Sequence record: PV800129.1
Direction: 5' to 3' (one strand)
Source of the DNA: Pseudomonas phage TIETA
DNA length: 64,000 nt
Shown: positions 1-10,017 of the stretch, piece by piece
Position numbering within the stretch: the first letter of the stretch is position 1
How the letters are laid out: every line of letters begins with the position of its first letter
The notes under the pieces: model-generated
Database searches by the model: none
Told to the model about the DNA's origin: nothing
The model's input: the letters and a program-made list of their open reading frames with translations, nothing else
Program-made: the position numbers and the translations under genes

Positions 1-26
1 AAATAAATACTAGGAGTAACTTTAAA

Positions 27-1061
27 ATGGCTAACACCCGTTCCTACCTAAACGATGGTCAGTTCTACATTGCCGACCAGACTGAAAACCTGCTTATCAT
101 CCCGAACACTTGGACCCTCGTCGAGAACATGGGCGTCTTCACAAGTGAAGGTGTGACTCAGAACACTGTCCAGTTCGAAGAGATCGAAACTCGCTACGGT
201 CTGGTTAAGGATGCCATCCGTGGAACTCGTCACCAAGTTGCTAGCGACCAACGTCGTCAACTGCGTGCCTTCGCGATTCCGCACTTCAACCAAGACGACT
301 ACATCACTCCAGAAGACATTCAAGGCAAGCGCGCTTTCGGTGCTGACCGCGAAGAAACTCTGAACGAGGTTCGTGCTCGTAAGCTGGAAACCATCCGTCG
401 CAACTGGGCTAACACCGCTGAAGTTGCTTCCGTTAGCGCTATCGTAACAGGTAAGAGCTACGCCCCAGCCGGGACCATCGAGTACGACTGGTACGACCTG
501 ATGGGTAAAACTCGTAAGGTTGTCGGCTTCGACCTGACCAACCCTACCGCTGACGTTATGGGCAAGACCGAAGAAATCTTCGTCCATATGCAAGACAACA
601 GCCAAGACGGTCTGATCCGTGGTGACTTCGTTGCCCTGTGCTCTCCTGAGTTCTTCACTGCCCTGATTAACCATCCGAGCATCAAAGAGTTCTACAAAGC
701 TTACCAAGCTAGTCCTCAATACTGGCGTGAACGTCTAACCGCTCGCGGTCTGGACCTTCGCTTCCGTGAGTTCTACTTCGGAAACATTCACTTCATCGAA
801 TACCGTGGCGTTGACCCGTACGGCAACCGTCTGATCCCGGCTGGCGATGCTTACTTCATCCCAACCGACAGCGGTGACCTGTTCGCTCGTTACTTCGGCC
901 CGGGCAGCACTTTCGATGACCTAGGAACTCTGGGTAAAGAACTGTACGCTACCGAGCGTATGGCTGAAGACCGTCGTTCGATCCTGATCGAAACCGAGTC
1001 CAACTTCATCCACGTTCTGCGTCGTCCACAGATGATCGTTCGCGGCACTGTGAATGCGTAA
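27..1061 (+). CDS. major capsid protein (lambda gpE / Phage_cap_E-like)
   Basis: 344 aa; strong RBS TAGGAG; high-expression codon usage; UUCG hairpin terminator right after; C-terminal pattern resembles the gpE family. Confidence 0.75.
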   Translation: MANTRSYLNDGQFYIADQTENLLIIPNTWTLVENMGVFTSEGVTQNTVQFEEIETRYGLVKDAIRGTRHQVASDQRRQLRAFAIPHFNQDDYITPEDIQGKRAFGADREETLNEVRARKLETIRRNWANTAEVASVSAIVTGKSYAPAGTIEYDWYDLMGKTRKVVGFDLTNPTADVMGKTEEIFVHMQDNSQDGLIRGDFVALCSPEFFTALINHPSIKEFYKAYQASPQYWRERLTARGLDLRFREFYFGNIHFIEYRGVDPYGNRLIPAGDAYFIPTDSGDLFARYFGPGSTFDDLGTLGKELYATERMAEDRRSILIETESNFIHVLRRPQMIVRGTVNA

Positions 1062-1069
1062 AGACTTCA

Positions 1070-1090
1070 GGGAGGCTTCGGCCTCCCTTT
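1070..1090 (+). terminator. rho-independent terminator after the capsid gene (UUCG tetraloop)
   Basis: GGGAGGC-TTCG-GCCTCCC + TTT. Confidence 0.65.
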
Positions 1091-1113
1091 CGTCGTAGGA
1101 GGGTACCAAAAAA

Positions 1114-1590
1114 ATGGCTTACACTGGTGATCCAGCAAACAACCCTATCGACCGTCTACGAGAGATTGTAGGGGACGTGTGGGAGCCTCCGATGCTTTCC
1201 GACGAAACCTATCAATGGGTGTTGGACAAGAACGAAGGCAACGAAAGACGAGCCGCACTTGAACTTATGCGTATGATGCTCTTCCGCCTGACAAGGGGAA
1301 TGAGAGAACGCACAGGTGATATCGAAGTATATGGTGCTGAGTATTTCAACAACTACTTGAAAGCTCTTCAGCTCATTCTCAAAGACCCGAATATTGCAAT
1401 TTCTCTGGCCGTGCCATACGCTGGCGGTATCTCCAAATCGGATATGCTGGCTAATGACCTAGACCCCGACAACGTAACACGGGAATTCTACATCGGTTTT
1501 GCAAGACGGGAGAAGCTTTACAACCAGTGCAACCCCGGTCCTCAAGACCTTAGCATGGGGTGTGATTATCTTGGCAAGCTTCAGTTTTAA
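1114..1590 (+). CDS. head-tail connector / head completion protein (putative)
   Basis: 158 aa; directly downstream of capsid gene in the structural operon. Confidence 0.4.
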   Translation: MAYTGDPANNPIDRLREIVGDVWEPPMLSDETYQWVLDKNEGNERRAALELMRMMLFRLTRGMRERTGDIEVYGAEYFNNYLKALQLILKDPNIAISLAVPYAGGISKSDMLANDLDPDNVTREFYIGFARREKLYNQCNPGPQDLSMGCDYLGKLQF

Positions 1591-2041
1591 AACAGATCGC
1601 CGTCGCCTCACATCCTTGATTAAGAGGGTGGAGGCTCTAGACGGAACAACGGTAGAAGTTGGTTTCTTCCCCGAGGACCGATATGGTTCTGAAAATGGAA
1701 ACCTACCAGTTGCACAAGTTGCAGCTTACAACGAATTCGGTACTACTCGCAACCCAACCCGGCCATTCATGGCTCCAACCTTTGAAGAATTCACATCTCA
1801 ATTCCACTACGCAAGACTAATGAAGTCCACGTTCGAGAACGTCCTACGCGATGGAAGGCAGACGAATACTCTTCTGAAGAAATTGGGTAAAATGGTTGCA
1901 GAGCAGATGCAAGTTAACATTGACGACTATCCGGGCTCTAACAGTCCGGCATGGGCAGCTTACAAAGGATTTAACGATCCTCTATTCCATACTGGAAAGA
2001 TGCTTGAGTCTGTCAAGTTCCAAATCCATCGGAGGCAATAA
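1499..2041 (+). CDS. neck/tail completion protein (start uncertain: in-frame TTG 1499/1616 or GTG 1628 only)
   Basis: frame open 1499-2041 and overlaps the upstream gene; no in-frame ATG near the 5-prime end; stop overlaps next start (TAATG). Confidence 0.35.
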   Translation: MQDGRSFTTSATPVLKTLAWGVIILASFSFKTDRRRLTSLIKRVEALDGTTVEVGFFPEDRYGSENGNLPVAQVAAYNEFGTTRNPTRPFMAPTFEEFTSQFHYARLMKSTFENVLRDGRQTNTLLKKLGKMVAEQMQVNIDDYPGSNSPAWAAYKGFNDPLFHTGKMLESVKFQIHRRQ

Positions 2042-2421
2042 TGCTCTATCCTACCTTCTCCATGACCAACTTTGTCAAGCTAGATTTGATTAGAAGAGGG
2101 CAGCCCGGAGACGACGGTTTTGGAAGACCTACCCCTCCAGTTGAGACAGTAGTAACAATCACAGCTAACGTTCAACCTATCGAAAAATCGACAGACACTC
2201 GTATCCTTCCAGAGGCCGACAGAAGCAAGGCTTGCTTCAAGGTGTACTCCAGAGGCGAAGAGATTCGCCAGTTAAAGGAAGGACCGGGAGGGTGGAGTGC
2301 CGATAGATTCATGTGGGAAGGAGAGTTGTATGAAGTTATGAAAGTCATCAACTATTCGATGGGAATCCTAAACCATTACAAAGCAATTTGTATGAGAGTA
2401 GAGAGGAATAGTACAGCATGA
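2041..2421 (+). CDS. neck / tail completion protein (putative)
   Basis: 126 aa, translationally coupled within the structural operon. Confidence 0.4.
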   Translation: MLYPTFSMTNFVKLDLIRRGQPGDDGFGRPTPPVETVVTITANVQPIEKSTDTRILPEADRSKACFKVYSRGEEIRQLKEGPGGWSADRFMWEGELYEVMKVINYSMGILNHYKAICMRVERNSTA

Positions 2422-2981
2422 TCCATACAGAGCTAGAAAACTCTCTCTATCTTATGATAAAAGAGTTGTTCCCTGATTGGCGTGTAATTCAAGCTTACAC
2501 GAATAATCAGGAACCGCAAACCCCTTATCTGGCTATCGACATTAAGAGGCTGGATGAACTGGGAAGGGAAAATGTCTCCAATATGAGCGATCCCATTAGT
2601 CCTTCGCATGGAACTATTCAAGTTCAACAGGACTTCGCAGCCAAAGTCGTATTCGAACTGATTGGCAAGTATGGAGAGACAGCAAGTGTCTCTGACATGG
2701 CAATGGCGATTACTCGGGCAATGCGTACTCCAGCAGGACACGCCGCCCAAAGAAAGTTTAATCTATCCCTTTTCAAACTCCCTAGCACAAGACGAGTTCC
2801 TATGCTAAGAGAAACAGATATGTACATGTTCTATCAAGTTACATGTGAATTTGGATTCTCTGTGATAGAAACCACAACTCAAGAGTTTGCTGCTGGGGCT
2901 GATATTCACGGCGTTTATTACGACGCTGGTCGCCCGGGTCACATTATTGAGTCCCACATCGACATAAACTTCGAACACTAA
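2418..2981 (+). CDS. tail terminator / sheath stabiliser (putative)
   Basis: 187 aa, ATGA overlap with upstream gene; lies before the sheath gene. Confidence 0.35.
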   Translation: MIHTELENSLYLMIKELFPDWRVIQAYTNNQEPQTPYLAIDIKRLDELGRENVSNMSDPISPSHGTIQVQQDFAAKVVFELIGKYGETASVSDMAMAITRAMRTPAGHAAQRKFNLSLFKLPSTRRVPMLRETDMYMFYQVTCEFGFSVIETTTQEFAAGADIHGVYYDAGRPGHIIESHIDINFEH

Positions 2982-2993
2982 TAGGAGACAGGA

Positions 2994-4280
2994 ATGACTG
3001 TTCTTACTGATGTAATTGACATTCAGATCAGCCGTGAGACTGCTGCTGTCGCACAGACAAACTTCAACGTTCCTCTGTTCATCGCTTCTCACACAAACTT
3101 CTCGGAACGTGCCAGAGTCTACAACAGCCTGAAAGGTGTCGCTGAAGACTTCGGAGAATCCGATCCAACATATCTTGCCGCTGTTCGCTACTTCGGTCAA
3201 GCTCTCAAGCCTCGCAGTCTAGTTATCGGTCGTAGACAAGTTCCTTCTGCTACCGTATCTGTCAGTGTTGTTCAGGAAGGCCAGAGCTACGTTCTGACCG
3301 TCAACGGACTACCAGTCAGCTACGTCAGCCAGCAAGACGACACTGCCACTCTGATTGCCACAGGCCTAAAGGCAGCTTATGACGTAACTCCGGTAGCCGG
3401 CGTAACCGTCACAGACAACGAAGACGGAACTCTAACCGTCGCTTCTAACGAAGACTGGAGCCTGAAAGTTTCTTCTAACCTGACAATGGCCGCTGCTCCT
3501 TCTACTGAAGGCTGGCCGGCAACTATCACTGCTGTTCAGGGAGAAAACGACGAATGGTATGCTCTGAGCATTGACAGCCACGCCGATGATGATATCATGG
3601 CAGTAGCTACTCATATCGAGGGCACCAAGAAAGTGTTTATCGGAGCCACTGCTCAGGCTGACACCAAGACTTCCGCAGAGAATGACATTGCTTCTCGTCT
3701 GGTCGCTGCCGGGTTCCAACGTACGGCTCTAATTTACCATCCAAACGCTGACGCTCAATTCCCTGAGTGTGCTTGGGTAGGGTACCAACTGCAAGAGCAA
3801 CCGGGTAGCAACACATGGACCCATAAAGCTCTGGCCGCTGTAGACGCCTACCGTCTGACTCCAACCGAGTCTACCAACCTGAAGAACAAGAACGTTACCA
3901 CGTTCGAGCGCGTTGGTGGTGTCAACCGTACATTCGGTGGCGCTATGGCCGGTGGTGAATGGATCGACGTAATGATTTTCGTGGACTGGCTGGAAGCCCG
4001 CATGACCGAGCGTCTGTGGTTCCGTATGGCTAACTCCAAGAAAATCCCTTACGACGCCGTTGGTGCAACAATTCTGGAATCGGAAATCAGAGCCCAGCTT
4101 AACGAAGGAATTCGTGTTGGTGGTCTGGCTGAAGCTCCGGCTCCTAAAGTCTTCGTACCTGATGTTCTATCCATGTCTCCGAACATGAGAGCACAGCGTA
4201 TCTTTGAAGGCATTGAATTTGAAGCCCGTCTGGCCGGTGCCATTCACTTCGTTCACATTCGTGGAACTGTGACCGTCTAA
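2994..4280 (+). CDS. tail sheath protein (putative)
   Basis: 428 aa; RBS AGGAGA; placed before the tube paralogs and G/GT-TMP, as expected for a contractile-tail sheath. Confidence 0.55.
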   Translation: MTVLTDVIDIQISRETAAVAQTNFNVPLFIASHTNFSERARVYNSLKGVAEDFGESDPTYLAAVRYFGQALKPRSLVIGRRQVPSATVSVSVVQEGQSYVLTVNGLPVSYVSQQDDTATLIATGLKAAYDVTPVAGVTVTDNEDGTLTVASNEDWSLKVSSNLTMAAAPSTEGWPATITAVQGENDEWYALSIDSHADDDIMAVATHIEGTKKVFIGATAQADTKTSAENDIASRLVAAGFQRTALIYHPNADAQFPECAWVGYQLQEQPGSNTWTHKALAAVDAYRLTPTESTNLKNKNVTTFERVGGVNRTFGGAMAGGEWIDVMIFVDWLEARMTERLWFRMANSKKIPYDAVGATILESEIRAQLNEGIRVGGLAEAPAPKVFVPDVLSMSPNMRAQRIFEGIEFEARLAGAIHFVHIRGTVTV

Positions 4281-4310
4281 GGACGGTCCTTCCCATAAGG
4301 AGATTACTAA

Positions 4311-4835
4311 ATGGCTGTTCAACGTCTAGCGACATTCTCTCCGGCTGATGTTACCATTGTTATTACTCACCCTGCAACTGGTGAGAGCATGGTTCTCGGC
4401 GGATTCAGCGAAGACAGTATCGTTAACATTGAAAGAAACGCTGACACTTACGTGATGTATACCGGAGCCGACAACACATCGACTCGCGTCTACAACGCCT
4501 CTAAGTCTGCTACCCTCACTGTTAGCCTTCAACAAACTTCGCCTTCGAACGACTTCCTGACTGCTCTTTACAACTACGACGACGCCCGTCGTTCGTCTGA
4601 GGGATTGTTCACAATCCACGTTAAAGACAACTCTGGTCGTTCCGACTACTTCAGTGATGACGCCTATGTCGGTGTTGTTCCGGGTTCTAACTTCTCGAAC
4701 AGCATGCAGACACGCGATTGGGTTATTCATGCACACAACCTGCAAACTCTAATCGGCGGTAACGCCAAGCTGAGCCCGGGTGATGCGGATACTCTTCGTA
4801 ACCTAGGTGTCACACTAGACCAGCGCTGGCTGTAA
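4311..4835 (+). CDS. tail tube protein, paralog 1
   Basis: 174 aa; RBS AAGGAG; shares YSPxDVxIV...TG, SxxNDxxxxL, KDxxGST and GGN motifs with the next two genes. Confidence 0.5.
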   Translation: MAVQRLATFSPADVTIVITHPATGESMVLGGFSEDSIVNIERNADTYVMYTGADNTSTRVYNASKSATLTVSLQQTSPSNDFLTALYNYDDARRSSEGLFTIHVKDNSGRSDYFSDDAYVGVVPGSNFSNSMQTRDWVIHAHNLQTLIGGNAKLSPGDADTLRNLGVTLDQRWL

Positions 4836-4858
4836 TATAGCGCTTATGCCACATCGAC

Positions 4859-4890
4859 GGGGAGCTGCCTTAACGGGTGGCTCCCTTTGT
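4859..4890 (+). terminator. possible terminator/attenuator after tube paralog 1
   Basis: GGGGAGC-n14-GCTCCC + TTTGTTGTTT; long loop, weaker. Confidence 0.3.
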
Positions 4891-4909
4891 TGTTTCTGGA
4901 GGATAGAAA

Positions 4910-5410
4910 TTGATTACCACCTACTCGCCGCGTGACGTGGTTGTAACTCTCGCTGGTATCCATTCCGTGACAGGGTACGCAGAGGGAGAGTTTATCAGAA
5001 TTGTAAAAGATATTAAGCCTTTCATCAAGCACGGTTCGATGGATGGTGAAATCGCAAGGGTCTACAACAAAGACCAAGGCTGGCGAGTAGAGTTGACAAT
5101 CATGCAATCCTCGCCGACCAATGATATCCTTTCGATGCTTTACAACGTGGACATTGCAACCCGAATGGGAAAATTCCCACTGATGATTAAGGACACGAAG
5201 GGTTCTACAAGCTTCCTAGCTCTGACAGCATGGGTGGAAGACCTACCTAGGGTATCTTTCTCTGGACAACTGGAGACCCGCACTTGGATTCTAGGGTGCT
5301 CTGAGGTCGCCATGAACATTGGCGGAAACGTCGATCAAAGTTTGGTCGAGCAAGCTATCCTGCTGGGAAGCTCTCTTCTGCCAGCCCTTACGCAATTCGG
5401 AGGCTTCTAA
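4910..5410 (+). CDS. tail tube protein, paralog 2 (TTG start)
   Basis: 166 aa; RBS GGAGGATAGAAA before TTG; paralogous to 4311..4835 and 5410..5889. Confidence 0.45.
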   Translation: MITTYSPRDVVVTLAGIHSVTGYAEGEFIRIVKDIKPFIKHGSMDGEIARVYNKDQGWRVELTIMQSSPTNDILSMLYNVDIATRMGKFPLMIKDTKGSTSFLALTAWVEDLPRVSFSGQLETRTWILGCSEVAMNIGGNVDQSLVEQAILLGSSLLPALTQFGGF

Positions 5411-5889
5411 TGGCTAACACGGTATTGACATATAGCCCATCTGATGTTAAAATTGTCCTTTGTGGGTATGCTCTCACTGGTGTAGTTTCTTTCGAAATGT
5501 CTTGGCTTTCGAGACCCTACACAATGGTTCGAGGAATCAGAGGGCACCACACCCGGGTCTTCAATAGAGACCTTTCTGCGCAGATTAGAATCGAGGTTCT
5601 TCAGACTTCGGTGTCTAATGATGCATTCTTCTCGCTAGTAGAGCAAGACCGAAGAACACAATCCGCCCGAATCACCTTGTCTGTCAAGGATACCCACGGT
5701 AGCACCATGATGAGCACAGACAACGCTTATGTCAATGGCTACCCTAGCATAACATTCACCGATGGAATCGAGAACAGGGTCTGGACTATTGATGTTCTGG
5801 ACTGGACCGATGGCACGGTAGGCGGAAACCAGCAAGTCGGCTTCGACGTGTTTGGAACTGTTCAAGGCGCTCTTAGCTACCTCAGATAA
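5410..5889 (+). CDS. tail tube protein, paralog 3
   Basis: 159 aa; TAATG overlap; same conserved motifs as paralogs 1 and 2. Confidence 0.45.
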   Translation: MANTVLTYSPSDVKIVLCGYALTGVVSFEMSWLSRPYTMVRGIRGHHTRVFNRDLSAQIRIEVLQTSVSNDAFFSLVEQDRRTQSARITLSVKDTHGSTMMSTDNAYVNGYPSITFTDGIENRVWTIDVLDWTDGTVGGNQQVGFDVFGTVQGALSYLR

Positions 5890-5902
5890 ATAAGGAGTAT
5901 TT

Positions 5903-6274
5903 ATGTTCGGAAACCAACGTACTATCATCCACAATGGGACAGAATACACTATCAACCTTCTGCCAGCAACTCGCGGTATCAGCGTACTGAAGCAGCTAAC
6001 CAGCTTGCTGGGTCCATCCCTTGCCAAGTATCAAGCTGACCACGACTTCTCTGGAGCCATGAAAGAACTGTTCGATAACATCGACAAGGTTCCTGTTGAG
6101 AATTTGATCCAGAATCTGATGCTGACAGTTTTCAAAGGTTCGATGGCAATCAATTTCGACACCGAATTCGCTGGCAAGTATGACCTGCTGTACGCACTCA
6201 CAAAAGACGTGATCGAGTTCAACTTCGGCTCGGTTTTTTCTCTAATCGGTTTCGCAGAGGCACCGACGGTATAA
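5903..6274 (+). CDS. tail assembly chaperone (gpG-like)
   Basis: 123 aa directly upstream of the tape measure gene; RBS AAGGAG. Confidence 0.55.
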   Translation: MFGNQRTIIHNGTEYTINLLPATRGISVLKQLTSLLGPSLAKYQADHDFSGAMKELFDNIDKVPVENLIQNLMLTVFKGSMAINFDTEFAGKYDLLYALTKDVIEFNFGSVFSLIGFAEAPTV

Positions 6275-6534
6275 AGACCGGGGATGGGCAGTCCGAGACT
6301 TCAGTCACTACTGATCGAGTTCAGAGTGATCGGAGGGTTAGGGAGGCCCACCAGAAGTTCTCGCAGCATTGGGAGATTTATGTGGCTATCACTCACCCTC
6401 TCAAGCTAACGACGTATGGGGAACTGAGTACAGTCCTCACTACAGAAGATTTGTACAACATCCTTGAGGTTATAGACGTTCACGATACTATCACTCAAGT
6501 GGCAAAAGAACACGCAGAGGCTGATAAGAAATGA
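5903..6534 (+). CDS. tail assembly chaperone, -1 frameshift fusion product (gpGT-like)
   Basis: -1 frame is open without an ATG from before 6241 to stop 6532-6534, overlapping the TMP start; T6 slippery tract GGTTTTTTC at 6232-6240 near the end of the 0-frame ORF. Confidence 0.45.
6233..6240 (+). promoter_or_regulatory. candidate -1 ribosomal slippery site (G_TTT_TTT_C)
   Basis: homopolymeric T6 tract, 0-frame codons GTT TTT TCT; -1 frame stays open for about 98 codons downstream. Confidence 0.4.
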
Positions 6535-8897
6535 TTACAGAAAGGATTGCCCAGCTAACTGGGGAACTTAAATTTACAGTCGATTCCCGGCCTCTCACTG
6601 CTTTTGACAAGAAGCTCGCTGGGGTCGAAGCCCGGCTAAGAGAATTCTCCAAGCTGACGAACAAGCGGTTTGGAGTTAAGCTAACTCTAGATACAAAAAC
6701 TCTGAGAGAGGAGCTTGCCAAGGCAGCCACTCAAAGGGTAGTCTTGAAGAACATCGCGGTAGATGCTGCCGCTGTTCGTCTTATCTCTGAGAAGCTTCAA
6801 GAAAGACTGAATGCAACGCCGATCAGGTTGAAGTCTGTTAGGCTAGACCTTAGCGGTATCCGAGATCAGAAAAACTTCGTAAAGACGGCTCTCGGCCAGA
6901 CCAAGGTCGATCTACCGGTTGAACTGGGCTTGGCTCAGGCTAGCCGTACGCTGTATGAATGGAAGAAGCGCACAGAGAGTCGTTTTAAAATTCATCTGAA
7001 TGCAGACATTAGCCGCTCTAAATTGCTCCAGAATGCACGAAACACACTAAGGGATGTGCAGGGTAGGCTAAACGGTCTTGCTGTCGCTACGCCTCAAATT
7101 AGGCTGTCTGTAGACCGTGCCCATCTTCGTAGAGAGATTCAAGATGTTCTTGAGCAAATCAGACGCGAAGTGAGAATCCGCATTGACCTAGAGTCTTCCA
7201 TCCGAGGACGTGGTGCAGGTGGATCGAGAGGTACTGCCGGCCATATCCGTCAAGGTATGGGAATGGGGATTGGTAGCGAGCTAGCCGGGTGGGGACGCGG
7301 GTTTATTCCCGGCCTTGGTGGTGCGTTCGCTATTATGCAGCTTAACCGTGCTAACCAAGAACTGCAAGGTCAACGTCTGGCCATGCAAGCTGTCGGTGGT
7401 GGAGTACAGGGTGGTCAAGAGCTACAAGCCACCCTCCGCGATATCTCTCAGCGTCTCGGTCTTGACGATAGAGCAATAGGTAGCTCCTATGTTAAGATGA
7501 TGGCTGCCGGACAAGCATCCAACTTCGACAAAACACAGGTTGATGGTATCTTCCAATCCATGGCTGAATATGGACGAGTGATGGGTCTGGACGGGGAGGC
7601 TATGAAAGGCTCCTTCCGTGCCGTAGAGCAGATGATGGGTAAAGGACAGATCATGTCCGAAGAATTGAAAGGTCAGTTGGCCGAAAGATTCCCCGCTGCT
7701 GTAGCTCTGATGGCTAAGTCTCAAGACATGACTATCGCAGAGCTAATGAAAACCATGGAGAAAGGGGAGCTTAAGAGTGATGCTCTGATCCCATTCGCCA
7801 GAACTCTAGCGGAAGAAGCTCGTAAAGGTGGCGCTCTGGACGCGGCTATGCAAGGTACAGCCGCTCAGCAGGGCCGATTCCAGTTCGGATGGAACCGCAC
7901 TATCGAGGCCTTCGCGGCTGGAGGATTCGACCGAGGAATGAGCGACTTCTTCAAGATTGCTGCCCAAGGCATGAAAGAAGCGCTTCCTCTGGTAACTGCA
8001 CTTGGTGGCGGGTTCGAAGCTCTTATGAGGCCTGTCAACGCTCTGGTCGGTATTGGAGGGGAGCTTGGTTCCCAGTGGGAGAACATTGCCAAGCAGTTCA
8101 ACATGACCGGCACAGGGCTGACTCTTACCACGGCTCAAACCCTAGCCTTGCTGACCCCTATGGGCAGGTTGATCTCTGCTATTAGCTGGGGTGCGTTGGC
8201 ACTGGAAGACTTCATTGTCTTCTTGGAAGGCGGTGATTCGGTGTTCGGGGACTTCTTGAACAACAACGTACAAGCTGCCGAGACATTCGAAAAGCTAGCC
8301 AGTGAATCCAGTGAACTGAAGAACAATCTCGACGGTATCTTCTCTGTTGTCCCGGGGCTAGCTGAAGCGCTCAAAGGTCTAGAGTTCAATGAAATGCTGG
8401 TCAGCACGATGAGAGAACTTGCTGCCATCATGGAGTTCTTCAACAGTGTTGTAGAGAGATTCGCAATAGCCGGCAAGTACAGGGACGCTAAGATTGCTGA
8501 AGCCGGAGGAGACAGAAGTACTATAATGTCGAACATCGACACGATGTACGCTATGTTCAATCCGGAAGATGCAAAAGACAAGGCCACCTTCATCGGTGAC
8601 AGGCTAGTAGCTCAGAACATTGACGCGATCCAGACAGAGACTCATACCCGTGCAACCCAGTCCTTGACTCCAGACCAGTTTGGGTATATGATGCAACGTG
8701 GTCAAGTTAGAAACGAAATGGAGGGTGCCCTCAAGAAGAGTGCCATTGACATTAGTTTCAACCTCAATGTTTCTGGTATCGATGCTCAGGGTAACGTCAT
8801 GACAACTGAAGCGCAAGAGCGAGTACGAGAGATCGTTAGTAACGTTCTTGAGGAAGAAATCTCCAGAGCTTCGGCAAGTTATAAGGAATCCCAATGA
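6531..8897 (+). CDS. tail tape measure protein
   Basis: 788 aa; long coiled-coil-rich N-terminus and Gly/Ala-rich middle; position after the G/GT chaperone. Confidence 0.8.
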   Translation: MITERIAQLTGELKFTVDSRPLTAFDKKLAGVEARLREFSKLTNKRFGVKLTLDTKTLREELAKAATQRVVLKNIAVDAAAVRLISEKLQERLNATPIRLKSVRLDLSGIRDQKNFVKTALGQTKVDLPVELGLAQASRTLYEWKKRTESRFKIHLNADISRSKLLQNARNTLRDVQGRLNGLAVATPQIRLSVDRAHLRREIQDVLEQIRREVRIRIDLESSIRGRGAGGSRGTAGHIRQGMGMGIGSELAGWGRGFIPGLGGAFAIMQLNRANQELQGQRLAMQAVGGGVQGGQELQATLRDISQRLGLDDRAIGSSYVKMMAAGQASNFDKTQVDGIFQSMAEYGRVMGLDGEAMKGSFRAVEQMMGKGQIMSEELKGQLAERFPAAVALMAKSQDMTIAELMKTMEKGELKSDALIPFARTLAEEARKGGALDAAMQGTAAQQGRFQFGWNRTIEAFAAGGFDRGMSDFFKIAAQGMKEALPLVTALGGGFEALMRPVNALVGIGGELGSQWENIAKQFNMTGTGLTLTTAQTLALLTPMGRLISAISWGALALEDFIVFLEGGDSVFGDFLNNNVQAAETFEKLASESSELKNNLDGIFSVVPGLAEALKGLEFNEMLVSTMRELAAIMEFFNSVVERFAIAGKYRDAKIAEAGGDRSTIMSNIDTMYAMFNPEDAKDKATFIGDRLVAQNIDAIQTETHTRATQSLTPDQFGYMMQRGQVRNEMEGALKKSAIDISFNLNVSGIDAQGNVMTTEAQERVREIVSNVLEEEISRASASYKESQ

Positions 8898-9655
8898 CAA
8901 TTGCTATCAAAAGAGAGAACGGAGACCTAATCTGGTTCGACGCTGTTACAGAGTTCGGAAGACAGTACCGTGGCTCTGTGAGTTCCAACCCAATCGAAAC
9001 GGGAGGAAAAATCACAGACCACATTACCACAGAAAACCCAGTCTTCACTCTTACAGCCGTCGTATCAGACGCAGACTTCAACTTGAACAGGCCCGTTATC
9101 AACGACAACGAGGCCCAGACATACAAGATCAACAACAAAGAGTTCGTGAATACGCAGCCGGTAACCATCCCGGCTGTTATCTCAACCTCTAGACTAGACC
9201 CTAGCAGAATCTTTCCAGAAGTTATCACTCAGTTTATTCCTCCTGAGATTCCTTCTGCAACTGTCCTCCCTCAAAAGGGTGATAAAGTCGCTTATGATAT
9301 TGAGCGCCAACTGATCGACATGCAGCGTAATGCTGAGGTCTTCAGTTTGCTGGACTTCCGAGACGGTATCATCTGGGATCAAATCGAAAGATGCATCTTC
9401 ACCGACTTGTCTTTCACTGAAAACGCCGAGACAGGTAGCAGCCTTCAACCTCGTATGACAATCGAGGCTGTGACATTCACAGATACTCGTTATGTCGAGG
9501 TGAGGGTTAACAAGGGTAGAAAGACCGCTAAGAAAGAAAAGAGAGACACCAAAGAAGGTGATACCGGGGCTAGCAATGCTACCAGCCAAGACTCTCCTAC
9601 ATTCAAGCGTAGTCAAATGAAAGAGGCTCAGATTAGAACTCAGGTTGCGAGGTAA
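8894..9655 (+). CDS. distal tail / DNA-circulation-like tail protein (putative)
   Basis: 253 aa, ATGA coupling to the TMP gene; lies in the baseplate gene block. Confidence 0.4.
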   Translation: MTIAIKRENGDLIWFDAVTEFGRQYRGSVSSNPIETGGKITDHITTENPVFTLTAVVSDADFNLNRPVINDNEAQTYKINNKEFVNTQPVTIPAVISTSRLDPSRIFPEVITQFIPPEIPSATVLPQKGDKVAYDIERQLIDMQRNAEVFSLLDFRDGIIWDQIERCIFTDLSFTENAETGSSLQPRMTIEAVTFTDTRYVEVRVNKGRKTAKKEKRDTKEGDTGASNATSQDSPTFKRSQMKEAQIRTQVAR

Positions 9656-9660
9656 ACTAA

Positions 9661-10017
9661 ATGAGCACGACTTATATCGACACACTTCCTCTTTACCAAG
9701 ATCGGAAGTACAGGTACGCAGTAGCTATCGAGGGAATCTCAAGAGTCCTTCAATTTTACTGGAATAGCCGCTCTAGGCAGTGGCACATGGATATATTCGA
9801 CGAGGAGCTTACTCCGATCCTGACAGGACTGGCGGTTGTTCCTCAGTACCCGATCATGGCAGATTACGCCATGCAACATATAGGTTTCAATGGCTACTTC
9901 CTGCTGATGCCTGTCAACCTAGAACAGGTGCAGTATAAGCACGATGCGAGTGACATTGTACCACAGTTTTTCGAACTGCTATACGTGAACGTTGACTTGG
10001 AGGATGACGTAGAGTGA
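9661..10017 (+). CDS. baseplate/tail protein (putative)
   Basis: 118 aa in the baseplate operon. Confidence 0.35.
   Translation: MSTTYIDTLPLYQDRKYRYAVAIEGISRVLQFYWNSRSRQWHMDIFDEELTPILTGLAVVPQYPIMADYAMQHIGFNGYFLLMPVNLEQVQYKHDASDIVPQFFELLYVNVDLEDDVE

Noticed and set aside
1499-1628. ATG start for the gene following 1114..1590
   Set aside because: The frame 1499-2041 has no in-frame ATG near its 5-prime end. Only TTG (1499, 1616) or GTG (1562, 1628) are available, none with a good RBS. Start left uncertain; a +1 recoding event with the upstream gene cannot be excluded but there is no positive evidence.
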